In this document: piece after piece, positions 28,640 through 38,271 of the stretch
Numbering within the stretch: position 1 is the first letter of the stretch
Layout: each line of letters opens with the position of its first letter
Source: Thermomicrobiales bacterium
GTDB lineage: Bacteria > Chloroflexota > Chloroflexia > Thermomicrobiales > UBA6265
Assembly: GCA_020432165.1 (NCBI GenBank)
Contig: JAGQGU010000013.1
Coordinates: forward strand, 10,613 to 74,612
Length of the DNA: 64,000 bases
Direction: 5' to 3'
The notes under the pieces: model-generated
The model's input: only the letters and a program-made list of their open reading frames with translations
Told to the model about the DNA's origin: nothing
The model's database searches: none
Position numbers and translations under genes: made by a program

Positions 28640-28682
28640 CATCACCGTAAGCCCGAATAACCGCCTCACAGCCTAGTCACAC

Positions 28683-28733
28683 GTAGGCCCGTGCTTTAGG
28701 CACGGGCTGCCCGCACATAAAGTGCGAGCCTAC
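28683..28733. repeat. REP-like double-hairpin element (family A)
   Basis: GTAGGCCCGTGCTTTAGGCACGGGCTGCCCGCACATAAAGTGCGAGCCTAC. It shares CCCGCACATAAAGTGCG with 26075-26091. Confidence 0.6.
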
Positions 28734-28752
28734 GGCAGATGGAAGAACGAAT

Positions 28753-30099
28753 ATGACCATCAATATCAAACGTACCAACGGTCTCGCGGAGTCTCTGGCG
28801 GCGCTGACACGCAAGGGTGCCCCGAAAGAGGCAGCCCTGCCGCCGCACGTGGTTGCCAGGAACACCGAGATTTTCGGCGAGGTACTGACTGCACATCAGG
28901 TCGTTGAGCGAATCGTCGAAGACGTTCGTGCTAACGGCGATGTAGCGGTGCGCAAGTATACGAAAGCCTACGATGGTCGCGATGTTGCCGAGTTCGAGAT
29001 CCCTCGCTCCGAGTGGGATGCCGCACTCCAGCGCATCGATCCGAATCTGCGTGCGGCTCTGGAACTCACGGCAGCGCGCGTGCGTAGCTTCCATGAAAAG
29101 CAGAAGCGGGAGAGCTGGTTCAATGCCGATGAGAATGGCATCTTCGGGCAAGTGATTCGACCGCTGGAACGCGTTGGCATTTACACGCCCGGCGGCTCCG
29201 CTGCACTCCCCTCTTCCCTGCTCATGACCGCAGTACCTGCCCGCGTCGCCGGGGTCGAGGAAATCATCATCGCTGCACCACCGCGAGGCGACGAATCGGT
29301 ACCGGATATCATTCTGGCTGCTGCCGCCATCGCCAATGTCGATCGCGTTTTCGCTATTGGTGGTGCCCAGGCAATCGCCGCGCTGGCCTATGGCACAGAA
29401 TCCGTGCCTCAGGTCGACAAGATTTGCGGGCCCGGCAACCTTTTCGTAGCGCTGGCGAAGCAGCGCGTCAATGGCGTGGTGGCAATCGATGCGGTGGCTG
29501 GCCCAACCGAGACCCTCGTCATTGCCGATGACTCTGCCAACATCGAACTGGTCGCCGCCGATCTGATCGCGCAGGCAGAGCACGATGCGGTCGCCAGCGC
29601 GATTCTGATCACCACGAGCCCTAGCATCGCCGATGGCGTTGTCGCCGAGATCGAGGCACAGGCCACGCTACTGCCACGTCTGGAGGTGATAACGGCTTCG
29701 TTGGACGCGAACGGCGTGATCGCGCTTGTCGATTCACTCGACGATGCCATCACGTGCGGCAATGCATACGCGCCCGAGCACATGTGCCTGGAGGTTGCGG
29801 ATGCCTGGAGCCTTGTGCCCCAAATTCGCAATGCCGGAGGCATCTTTGTAGGCGAGAACTCGCCGGAGGCGATGGGAGACTATTCGGCCGGACCAAGCCA
29901 TGTCATGCCCACGATGGGGACGGCGCGGTTCAGTAGTCCGGCGAATGTGAATGACTATCAGAAGATCATCTCGCTCTTCGCAGCCAGCGACACCGCCGTG
30001 CAGAATCTGGGACCATCGACGGTCACCTTCGCCCAGGCGGAGGGCTTAGATGGTCACGCCGCCTCGATTCAACGACGCCTCAAGGCGAAGAAGGACTAG
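28753..30099 (+). CDS. hisD: Histidinol dehydrogenase
   Basis: GIYTPGG.AALPSSLLM, IFAIGGAQAIAALAYGT, QAEHD, YAPEH and GDYSAGPSHVMPT. Confidence 0.95.
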   Translation: MTINIKRTNGLAESLAALTRKGAPKEAALPPHVVARNTEIFGEVLTAHQVVERIVEDVRANGDVAVRKYTKAYDGRDVAEFEIPRSEWDAALQRIDPNLRAALELTAARVRSFHEKQKRESWFNADENGIFGQVIRPLERVGIYTPGGSAALPSSLLMTAVPARVAGVEEIIIAAPPRGDESVPDIILAAAAIANVDRVFAIGGAQAIAALAYGTESVPQVDKICGPGNLFVALAKQRVNGVVAIDAVAGPTETLVIADDSANIELVAADLIAQAEHDAVASAILITTSPSIADGVVAEIEAQATLLPRLEVITASLDANGVIALVDSLDDAITCGNAYAPEHMCLEVADAWSLVPQIRNAGGIFVGENSPEAMGDYSAGPSHVMPTMGTARFSSPANVNDYQKIISLFAASDTAVQNLGPSTVTFAQAEGLDGHAASIQRRLKAKKD

Positions 30100-30179
30100 A
30101 GGTGACCGCGAGTGTCACTTCTAGCGGCGGGGCCGAGGTCAGATCGAGATCCTCCAAATGTGAAGCCAATAGCCGGAAA

Positions 30180-30210
30180 GGTAGAAGGGGAGACAAGCTC
30201 CCCTTCTACC
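30180..30210. terminator. Bidirectional hairpin between hisD and mgtE
   Basis: GGTAGAAGGGGAG-acaag-CTCCCCTTCTACC. Confidence 0.5.
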
Positions 30211-30254
30211 TACTCCTCGTATGGCAACTGACGCGGATCGGTGGTCCAGTTCTG

Positions 30255-31601
30255 CTAAAGATGCAGCAGGAACTTGGCAATAGAGAAGTAGATAATCAAA
30301 CCGGTGCCATCGACGAGTGTCGAAATCACGGGAGCGGAAACGACCGCCGGATCGACTCGTAGCTTGCCCAATGCCAGTGGCAGTAGCGACGCTACGGCTG
30401 CTGACCAGATTGAGATGCTCAGCACTGTAACCGCAATCACCACACCGATATCGACTCCCACATGCAACAACTGCGCACGCAGAAATGCCACGACACCCAT
30501 CGTCGCACCAAGTAGCAATCCTACCCGTACTTCCTTGAGGAAAACCCAACGCATATCGCGGAGTGAGACTTCGTGAAGTCCCATCGCGCGAACAAGCGTG
30601 GTGGTCACCTGCGTACCCACATTGCCACCTGTGCCGATGAGCAGGGGGATAAAGAAGCTGAGCGCCACCACCTGTTCAATCTCGCCCTCGTAGTGGCGCA
30701 GAACAGTGCCGGTGTATGCCTCAGCCAAAAAGAGTGCCAGCAACCACCAGACCCGGCGGCTATAGAGCACCCCTACACCAGCGCGACGATAGGGCAAATC
30801 GAGTGGTTGCGAACCACCAAGCTGCTCGATATCGCGGGTGGCTTCCTGCTCAAGCACATCCAGCATATCGTCGTGAGCAATGACGCCGAGAAGCACATCG
30901 TTATCGTCCACCACTGGCATAGTGACGACATCATAGTCCTGCATGACCCGAGCAGCAGACTCCTGATCCTCGCTCACGCGCACGCTCACAGGGTTCCCGC
31001 TCATCAAACGAGAGACCCGCTCTGTCCCTGGCGCCCGCACCAGAGCATCCAGGGCCAACACGCCAATCAAGCGTGCTTCCTTATCCACAACGAAGACATC
31101 GTGGACACTCTCAAATTCCTCGGCAACCTCGCGTATGCCGGCAATCGCCTCATCGGCCGTGAGTCTCGGACTGACAGCAACAAACGCCGGTGTCATCAGC
31201 GCCGCTGCCGTATCCGGCTGCCATGTGAGGAGGCCGGCGAGTTCCTGTGCTTCATCCTCCGGCATGGAATCGATGATGCGCACACGATCCGGTTCCGACA
31301 TGGACGCGATGATATCTGCCGCATCGTCCGGCTGCATGGCGTCAATCACAGCTACCTGCGTAGCGTGATCGAGTTCAATCAGGATGCGGGCCGCATCCTC
31401 GTGGTCGAGCTGAGAGAGGACCTCCGTCATTCTCTCCGAGGGGAGTAACGCGGCGATAATGGGCAGACTCTCGGCCGGCAGATGAGTAACTATGCGGGCG
31501 ATGGTCGCTTCATCCAGCACGGGGTCTGCAAACGCATCGCGAATCTGGGGGTCGTCTGGTGTGCTGGTTACAAGACGAACCAGGGTCTCAAAATCAAGCA
31601 T
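30255..31601 (-). CDS. mgtE: Magnesium transporter MgtE
   Basis: An N-domain and tandem CBS domains are followed by a C-terminal TM domain (GTGGNVGTQ...). ATG 31601 (MLDFETLV) is preceded by GGAGAAG. Confidence 0.9.
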   Translation of the reverse strand: MLDFETLVRLVTSTPDDPQIRDAFADPVLDEATIARIVTHLPAESLPIIAALLPSERMTEVLSQLDHEDAARILIELDHATQVAVIDAMQPDDAADIIASMSEPDRVRIIDSMPEDEAQELAGLLTWQPDTAAALMTPAFVAVSPRLTADEAIAGIREVAEEFESVHDVFVVDKEARLIGVLALDALVRAPGTERVSRLMSGNPVSVRVSEDQESAARVMQDYDVVTMPVVDDNDVLLGVIAHDDMLDVLEQEATRDIEQLGGSQPLDLPYRRAGVGVLYSRRVWWLLALFLAEAYTGTVLRHYEGEIEQVVALSFFIPLLIGTGGNVGTQVTTTLVRAMGLHEVSLRDMRWVFLKEVRVGLLLGATMGVVAFLRAQLLHVGVDIGVVIAVTVLSISIWSAAVASLLPLALGKLRVDPAVVSAPVISTLVDGTGLIIYFSIAKFLLHL

Positions 31602-31858
31602 GATCGCTTCTCCTTGCGGGCATGACACGCATGCCACCTAACCTCTTGCATCAGAGGCGCGGAAGGAAGTCGACATTACCTTGTGATTTTTGAATCAGGA
31701 AAGATGGGATTCTTGCTGGTTCGGGCACAAGGCAGGGTCGTCAGTGTTCAACTCGTCCTCCTTGGTACTCCAAACGTGACGCAAACGCGTTCACAGACAG
31801 CAACTTGTGTCCGCGCGAATGGTACACCCGTTATGGCGAAATGTGTAGGCCGGAGAGT

Positions 31859-32440
31859 TCAGGCAGTAGCCATCTCGCGCAGGGCAGCAACGATCTGATC
31901 CTCTACCGTAGCGGTTTCAGGGAGATCCAGTCTGCTGACAGCGGCTTTCGCCTCGGCAGCAGAGTAGCCGAGCGCCATCAGCGCTTCCAGCGTGTCACTA
32001 TTGGTAGCGCTGACATTGGCCAGCGGTGTATCGAGATTCTCCGGCAGCTTGCCGCGCAGATCGAGGATGATGCGCTGGGCAGTCTTCTTGCCAACGCCCG
32101 AGACGGTGGTGAGGAGATCGACCTGTTCGCCGCCAATGACCGTGAGCAATTCGTCCGCAGCGAAGCGCGTGAGAATGGCCAGCGCCATCCGCGGACCAAT
32201 ACCGTTGACAGCGATAAGTGTCTGGAACCACTGCAGGTCGGCGAGTGTGAGAAATCCGAAAAGAAGCTGGGCATCCTCACGCACCACCATGTGCGTGTGG
32301 AACTCTTGCGCACCAGACAGGCCGGGAGCCAAACTAACCACACGTCCTGTAGTAAGCACACGATAGAGCACACCATTGACGTTGATGATGACGGCATCCG
32401 GTTCGGTGCGGTGAATAGTTCCCAGTAATCCTGCGATCAT
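31859..32440 (-). CDS. ruvA: Holliday junction DNA helicase subunit RuvA
   Basis: MIAGLLGTIHRTEPDAVIINVNGVLYRV...LIAVNGIGPRMALAIL...VSGVGKKTAQRIILDL...LMALGYSAAEAKAAV. GAGGAGG lies upstream of ATG 32440. The ORF-track start at 32605 adds 55 implausible residues. Confidence 0.9.
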   Translation of the reverse strand: MIAGLLGTIHRTEPDAVIINVNGVLYRVLTTGRVVSLAPGLSGAQEFHTHMVVREDAQLLFGFLTLADLQWFQTLIAVNGIGPRMALAILTRFAADELLTVIGGEQVDLLTTVSGVGKKTAQRIILDLRGKLPENLDTPLANVSATNSDTLEALMALGYSAAEAKAAVSRLDLPETATVEDQIVAALREMATA

Positions 32441-32485
32441 ACGATCCTCCTCTGTCGGGAATCGTAGCAGTTCTGCGGCTACACT

Positions 32486-33349
32486 GTGGCTATGAAGAAC
32501 ACGCCAGTGATTGACGCCCATGTTCATATCTTCCCGCCCGAAATGATCGCGCAGCGCGAGGAACTGCTGCGAGCCGATAGCTGGTTCGGCGAAGCTTTTG
32601 GTCACCCCAAAGCCAGGATGCGCACCGCGGAGGAATTGATTGCCAGCATGGATAAGGCGGGCGTGGATATGTCAGTGGTCGTCGGGTGGCCGTGGCAGAG
32701 CAACACCGACTGCGCGGTGCACAACACGTATCTTGCCGATGTTGCCGCCAGATATCCCGAGCGGATCGCCTGGCTGGGTATCATCAATCCAGTGGCCGAT
32801 GGGGCGATTTCCGAGATTGATCGCTGCATCGCGTTAGGAGCATCAGGATTAGGCGAGATCAACGCCGATGGGCAGGGATTCCTGTGGAGCGAGCCGACGA
32901 AATGGATCGGGGCGCTACGACACATCGCGGCCTGCCAGCTGCCGATAATGATCCACACCTCGGAACCGCTCGGACATCTCTATCCCGGCAAAGGGACGGC
33001 AACTCCGGCGGAAGTCTTGACGGCCATCGCTGCGGTACCAGAGATCCATTGGGTACTGGCGCATTGGGGCGGAGGACTCCCCTTCTACGAGTTGATGCCA
33101 GAAGTCAGGCAAGCCTGCGAGCATGTGGCATACGACTCCGCCGCTACCAGCTATCTCTACGATCCTGAGGTCTTCCGACGGGTGATTGATCTGGTCGGTT
33201 TGGAGAAAGTGCTTTTCGGCAGCGACTGGCCTGTATTGGGCCAAGGCAAGCTGCTGGAACGAGTACGATCACTCGAATTGACCGAAGCCGAGATGGCGGC
33301 AGTGTTGGGCGGGAATGCGGCGAGGGTATATGGGATTGGATCAACCTAG
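32486..33349 (+). CDS. Amidohydrolase-2 family metal-dependent hydrolase (TIM barrel)
   Basis: VIDAHVHIFPPEM...IHTSEPLG...LAHWGGG...FGSDWP. The start is GTG 32486 or ATG 32492. Confidence 0.7.
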   Translation: MAMKNTPVIDAHVHIFPPEMIAQREELLRADSWFGEAFGHPKARMRTAEELIASMDKAGVDMSVVVGWPWQSNTDCAVHNTYLADVAARYPERIAWLGIINPVADGAISEIDRCIALGASGLGEINADGQGFLWSEPTKWIGALRHIAACQLPIMIHTSEPLGHLYPGKGTATPAEVLTAIAAVPEIHWVLAHWGGGLPFYELMPEVRQACEHVAYDSAATSYLYDPEVFRRVIDLVGLEKVLFGSDWPVLGQGKLLERVRSLELTEAEMAAVLGGNAARVYGIGST

Positions 33350-33358
33350 CCCACGCGA

Positions 33359-33380
33359 GCGAATACCCTGCGGGATTCGC
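33359..33380. terminator. Small hairpin between convergent genes
   Basis: GCGAAT-accctgcggg-ATTCGC. The loop shares CCCTGCGGG with the element at 43098..43210. Confidence 0.4.
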
Positions 33381-33382
33381 CC

Positions 33383-34051
33383 CTACCTCAATCCAGGTGT
33401 CAACGTGGATTGGGTACCCAGCCAGGCATCGCGGGCATTGGTGACAAAGGCCTTCATCTTCTCCAGACTCTTGGTGCCATCAAACTCGGTGCCGCTGGCT
33501 GTGTCCACCCCAACGGGATTGAATTGCCGAATCGCATCAGCAACATTATCCGGGTTTAGTCCGCCGGCCAACACAATCGGGTAGCGCACCGAAATCTCGC
33601 CCACAAGGCGAGCATCCGCGCGATGTCCTGTACCGCCATATTGCCCGGCAGGAGCACCATCCACCATCACGATCTCGGGCGCATGGGCATGATTCAACCA
33701 GGCATCAACCTCCGCACAGGCAGCATCGACCGTGGTGCCTTCGGGGAATCGCAGTGACTTGATCAGTGGCATATCAAGCTCGTAGAGGATCTCGGTGCCT
33801 TCATCGCCGCTCAACTGCAGCATGTCGAGCCGGGCCTGCTTGAAGATCTGGGTGTTCTCATACGGAGAAAGATTGACCGTCACGCCGACAATCGTGGGTG
33901 GATTGGGAATCTCCTCGCGCACTCTGGCGACGAACTCGGGTGTCACTTGCCGCTTGCTTTCGGCCAAGATGAAGCCAAGCGCGCTGGCCTCGGCAGCGAT
34001 GGCTCCGCGTGCATCTTCAATAGTCCGCAGCCCACAGAGCTTCACAAACAT
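33383..34051 (-). CDS. trpF: Phosphoribosylanthranilate isomerase
   Basis: MFVKLCGLRTIEDA...GGTGHRADARL...LAGGLNPDNV...GVDTASG. Confidence 0.9.
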   Translation of the reverse strand: MFVKLCGLRTIEDARGAIAAEASALGFILAESKRQVTPEFVARVREEIPNPPTIVGVTVNLSPYENTQIFKQARLDMLQLSGDEGTEILYELDMPLIKSLRFPEGTTVDAACAEVDAWLNHAHAPEIVMVDGAPAGQYGGTGHRADARLVGEISVRYPIVLAGGLNPDNVADAIRQFNPVGVDTASGTEFDGTKSLEKMKAFVTNARDAWLGTQSTLTPGLR

Positions 34052-34854
34052 TAGCGCTTCTCCACCCCTGCCAACGCCCGTACCGCTGCGGCACGATCCT
34101 GCTGGAGGATAAGCGACTCACCGACCAGAACGGCATCAACACCGACAGCCGCCATCCGCGTGACATCCTCCACGGTAAAAATACCGCTCTCGCCAACGAT
34201 TGTGGTATTCGCTGGCAGCATCGGTGCAATTAGTTCGGTGGTGGCGAGGTCGGTTACGAAGCTACGTAAATCACGATTATTGATGCCGATGAGCGATGCT
34301 CCACTGGCGACCGCACGTTCCGCTTCGGCCTCATCGTGGACTTCCACCAGTGCCGCCATGCCCAGTTCCTCGGCCTGCAGTCGATACTCTCGCAGTTGTG
34401 CGTCGTCCAGCGCTGCCACGATCAGCAAAATAAGGCTGGCTCCATGCGCGCGCGCTTCATCGATCTGGTAGGTGTCGATAGTGAAATCCTTGCGCAGGAC
34501 CGGTACCCGACTCGCTGATGTCGCCACAACCGCATCCAGATCATCCAGCGATCCCTGGAAGAACGGGGCATCGGTAAGACAGCTGATGGCAGCGACTCCG
34601 CCCTCGATATAGGCATTCGCGACGCTTTCCGGATCAATCTGCACCGGAAAGACGCCCTTGCTGGGCGATGCCCGCTTGAACTCGGCGATAACCGTCACCT
34701 GCTCTCGCGAAAGTTCGGTTGGGACCGCGGGCGTTGTTGCCCGGGCCATGCGAGCCATCTCGGCGGGAGAAATCGCCGCCTTGCTTGTGGCGACGGTCTC
34801 GGCGGTGCGTACGAGGATGCGATCGAGATAAGTTCCGGTTTCGCGCACGGTCAT
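34051..34854 (-). CDS. trpC: Indole-3-glycerol phosphate synthase
   Basis: VIAEFKRASPSKG...LRKDFTIDTYQIDEARAHGASLILLIV...GINNRDL...VGESG. Its stop overlaps the trpF start. Confidence 0.9.
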   Translation of the reverse strand: MTVRETGTYLDRILVRTAETVATSKAAISPAEMARMARATTPAVPTELSREQVTVIAEFKRASPSKGVFPVQIDPESVANAYIEGGVAAISCLTDAPFFQGSLDDLDAVVATSASRVPVLRKDFTIDTYQIDEARAHGASLILLIVAALDDAQLREYRLQAEELGMAALVEVHDEAEAERAVASGASLIGINNRDLRSFVTDLATTELIAPMLPANTTIVGESGIFTVEDVTRMAAVGVDAVLVGESLILQQDRAAAVRALAGVEKR

Positions 34855-35897
34855 GCCTGCATCTCCTGCGTGAAAGCGATCAACTCCTCGAGTTTAGCAA
34901 GTGCCTTCCCGGAATCGATCATATCGGCAGCCAACAGGACACCTTCAGCAAAAGATGGAGCAGCATCGGCGGCATAGAGTCCGGCACCCGCATTGAGCAA
35001 TGTCACGGTTCGGCGTGGACCAGTCTCACCATCCAATACCGACAATGTAATCCGCTTGTTCTCCGCGGCATCGCCACCAACGATGTCCGCCAGTGTTGCC
35101 TTCTCCAAACCGAAGAGTTCCGGATTCACCTCATAGGTGCGAATCTCGCCATCGTTGGCGGTGAAGTCCGTCACACGTGTGGTGCCAACAACACCAACCT
35201 CATCGAGACCTTCCTCGCCATGCACCAGCACAGCATGTTGGCTTCCCAGCACCTGCAGCACCTCCGCGAGCTGTCTGGCGATATGTGGAATACCAACACC
35301 GATCAGCTGGTGCTTCGCACCAGCCGGATTGGTGAGTGGACCAAGCATATTGAAGATGGTACGCACGCCCATCTGTTTGCGGGCGGGGCCGACAAAGCGC
35401 ATGGCAGGATGATAGGCAGGAGCGTACATAAAGCCAACCCCAACGTTCTCAACACAGGCCTCAACCTCGGCCGGGGTAAGTTCGATGCGAACACCGAGCG
35501 CTTCCAGCACATCGGCCGAGCCACAACGACTGCTGGCGGCGCGATTGCCGTGCTTGGCAATACGCACGCCGGCGGCAGCGATGACAAAGGTTGCGGTGGT
35601 GCTGATATTGAAGGTGTTGGAGTGATCGCCACCGGTACCGCAGGTATCCAGCAGCGGCGTGTTATCGGCGTCAATATCAACGTGTACCGCATGGTCGCGC
35701 ATGGCACGGGCAAAGCCGGCGATCTCGTTGGTCGTCTCGCCCTTCATACGGAGACCAATCGCCAGCGCACCGATCTGCGCCTCGGTGGCCTCGCCCTTCA
35801 TGATGTGATCCATGGCGGCGCGCGCCTGATCCTGGCTCAGTTCCTGCCCTTCCACAACCGTGCGGAGGACTTCCTGAATGTCGATTTGTGATGTCAT
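34851..35897 (-). CDS. trpD: Anthranilate phosphoribosyltransferase
   Basis: DTCGTGGD..NTFNISTTA...KHGNRAASS..GSADVLEALG. It overlaps trpC by 4 nt. Confidence 0.95.
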   Translation of the reverse strand: MTSQIDIQEVLRTVVEGQELSQDQARAAMDHIMKGEATEAQIGALAIGLRMKGETTNEIAGFARAMRDHAVHVDIDADNTPLLDTCGTGGDHSNTFNISTTATFVIAAAGVRIAKHGNRAASSRCGSADVLEALGVRIELTPAEVEACVENVGVGFMYAPAYHPAMRFVGPARKQMGVRTIFNMLGPLTNPAGAKHQLIGVGIPHIARQLAEVLQVLGSQHAVLVHGEEGLDEVGVVGTTRVTDFTANDGEIRTYEVNPELFGLEKATLADIVGGDAAENKRITLSVLDGETGPRRTVTLLNAGAGLYAADAAPSFAEGVLLAADMIDSGKALAKLEELIAFTQEMQA

Positions 35898-36077
35898 ACC
35901 AAATCCGTTTCTACGTTTGTATCGTGATCATAATCAGGAGTTGCTGGCCCGTTTGGTAGTAGCGACCTTTATGATCTCTTCGCGTCGCCACGATACCCTT
36001 CAATGGAGTCCTGGTCTGCGGAGGTGCCCACAAGGGGCACCACTACCGTCGTGTCCATCCTCCCTACGTGAGATCAC

Positions 36078-36692
36078 CTAATACCCGATCAGTTCCGGAG
36101 TGGTACTGGCGGCCTCGATGCCACATTGCCGCAAGAAATTGGCGAGCAAGTCATTACCGACGACCGTGAGAATGCTTTCCGGGTGATACTGCACGCCCTC
36201 TACCGGCAGGGTGCGGTGGCGAATGCCCTGGATGATGCCATCGTCCGAGCGGGCCGTAACCACGAATTCCGCTGGCACCGTACGGGGATCGATCGTGAGC
36301 GAGTGATAGCGGGTGGCCGTGAAAGGATTGGGCACACCGGCATAGATACCCTTGCCATCGTGATAGATATCGCTCACCTTGCCATGCTTAAGCTCGGGGG
36401 CCAGCACCACATCGGCACCGAACGCTTCACCCATCGCCTGATGTCCCAAGCAAACACCGAGAATCGGTGTTTTGCCCGCGAGCCGCTTGATCAACTCAAC
36501 ACTAATACCAGCCTCCGCTGGTGTGCATGGACCAGGCGAAACAACGATGCCATCGATCTCATCGAGTCGCGCCTCGATTTCATCCACCGTGATCTTGTCG
36601 TTACGCACGACCTCAAGCTCGGCACCGAGTTCAGCGAGCGCCTGATAGAGGTTGTAAGTAAAGCTATCGTAGTTATCGATAAGGAGAATCAT
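36078..36692 (-). CDS. trpG: Anthranilate synthase component II (glutamine amidotransferase)
   Basis: MILLIDNYDSFTYNLYQ...PILGVCLGHQ...VQYHPES. It overlaps trpE by 4 nt. Confidence 0.9.
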   Translation of the reverse strand: MILLIDNYDSFTYNLYQALAELGAELEVVRNDKITVDEIEARLDEIDGIVVSPGPCTPAEAGISVELIKRLAGKTPILGVCLGHQAMGEAFGADVVLAPELKHGKVSDIYHDGKGIYAGVPNPFTATRYHSLTIDPRTVPAEFVVTARSDDGIIQGIRHRTLPVEGVQYHPESILTVVGNDLLANFLRQCGIEAASTTPELIGY

Positions 36693-38236
36693 GATCGCCC
36701 TCCGGTGCTGACTTCGAGCTGCTCGGCGCGTTCGATCGCGCGCACCAGGGCGGCCATCTTGTTGATACTTTCCTGATATTCACCTTCAGCAGTGGAATCG
36801 GCGACGATACCGCCACCCGCCTGCAAGCTGGCCACGCCATCCTTATAGACAAGCGTTCTTAGCGCGATGCAGGTATCCATCTCGCCGCTGAAATCGATAT
36901 AACCAACTGCGCCGCTATAGACGCCGCGAGCATCTTCTTCCAGCTCGGCGATGATCTCCATCGCCCGCACCTTGGGTGCACCGGAGACCGTCCCGGCCGG
37001 GAAGCATGCCCGCAGGGCATCCTCGGCGGAGAATTCATCGCGGATATCACCATCGACATTGGAGACAATGTGCATGACGTGGCTGAAGCGCTCGATCTCC
37101 ATCATCTTGGGCAAGCGCACCGTACCCGGTTTGCTCACGCGGCCGATATCGTTGCGACCGAGATCAACAAGCATCACATGCTCCGCGCGCTCCTTTTCAT
37201 CGGAGATGAGTTCGGCGGCGAGGGCGTTGTCCTGCTCCACGGTTGCGCCTCGCGGGCGCGTACCGGCAATCGGGTGATTGCTTACGACTCCACCTTCGAG
37301 TCGCACCAGGAGCTCAGGCGAGGCACCGACGATCTGATGGGCGCCAAAATCGAGATAGAACATATATGGCGACGGATTAACGGTACGAAGCGCTCTATAT
37401 ATGGAGAATGGGTGCGCCGGCGTATCGATATCAACGCGCTGGCTGAGCACGACCTGGAAGATATCGCCCTGACGAATGTACTTCTTGCCGGATTCAATCA
37501 TCTGGCGATAGGTATCCGCGGTCATGTTTGGGCGACGACGCTCTTGCACGGTTGTTGATGGCAGAGACTCACTCACCGCGTATCCCGGCAACGGTGCATT
37601 GAGGCGATCGATCACCTCATTGATGCGCTCGACAGCAGCATTGTAGGCAGCATCGATACCAGCGGGGTCGTGTACCTGTACATGGCTAACGACCTTGAGC
37701 ACACGCTCTAAATGGTCGAAAACCACGAGTGTATCGGCGATGAAGAATTGCGCCTCCGGCAAACCGATGCCCGGCTGACGATGTCGCGGAACCCGTGATT
37801 CAAACCGGCGGATAGCATCGTAGCTAAGGAAACCGACCGCACCGCCCGTGAAACGTGGGAGATGATCGTTCGTACCAGTGTGATAGGGGGCAAGAATCTC
37901 GGTGATGGCATCGAGGGGGTCGTCGTATGCAGCAACGGGCACCGGCAGTGTGCCATCGATCTCGATCTCGCCTTCACGTAGAGTCACTGTGGCGGCGGCA
38001 CTCGCACCGATAAAGGAATAGCGTGCGATCTGGGTGCCGCCTTCGATCGACTCGAGGACAAATCCAGGATTACTGGCACCATCGGTGAGCTTGAGATAGA
38101 CGGAGACGGGTGTCTCCATATCGGCGAAAACTTCGCGATAGATCGGCACCGTCTTGATCTCACCACTGATATCGATGGCTTTTACCTCATCCAGTGATGG
38201 TTGAACGAACTGCGTGCCCCGAACTGTTGTTGTCAT
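36689..38236 (-). CDS. trpE: Anthranilate synthase component I
   Basis: 515 aa with SPYMFYL, HPIAGTRPRG, ERAEHVMLVDLGRND, PAGTVSGAPK and GGGIVADS. Confidence 0.95.
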   Translation of the reverse strand: MTTTVRGTQFVQPSLDEVKAIDISGEIKTVPIYREVFADMETPVSVYLKLTDGASNPGFVLESIEGGTQIARYSFIGASAAATVTLREGEIEIDGTLPVPVAAYDDPLDAITEILAPYHTGTNDHLPRFTGGAVGFLSYDAIRRFESRVPRHRQPGIGLPEAQFFIADTLVVFDHLERVLKVVSHVQVHDPAGIDAAYNAAVERINEVIDRLNAPLPGYAVSESLPSTTVQERRRPNMTADTYRQMIESGKKYIRQGDIFQVVLSQRVDIDTPAHPFSIYRALRTVNPSPYMFYLDFGAHQIVGASPELLVRLEGGVVSNHPIAGTRPRGATVEQDNALAAELISDEKERAEHVMLVDLGRNDIGRVSKPGTVRLPKMMEIERFSHVMHIVSNVDGDIRDEFSAEDALRACFPAGTVSGAPKVRAMEIIAELEEDARGVYSGAVGYIDFSGEMDTCIALRTLVYKDGVASLQAGGGIVADSTAEGEYQESINKMAALVRAIERAEQLEVSTGGRS

Positions 38237-38271
38237 TCCCTACCCTTTCTGCACTACGGGGGCGAAAACGG

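Noticed and set aside
31640-31660. GUUAGGUG, the hallmark 5' motif of the M-box Mg2+ riboswitch, seen just upstream of mgtE.
   Set aside because: It lies only about 18 nt before the RBS, so a ~160-nt M-box would have to extend into the coding region. I could not find the other conserved M-box blocks in the 257-nt leader.
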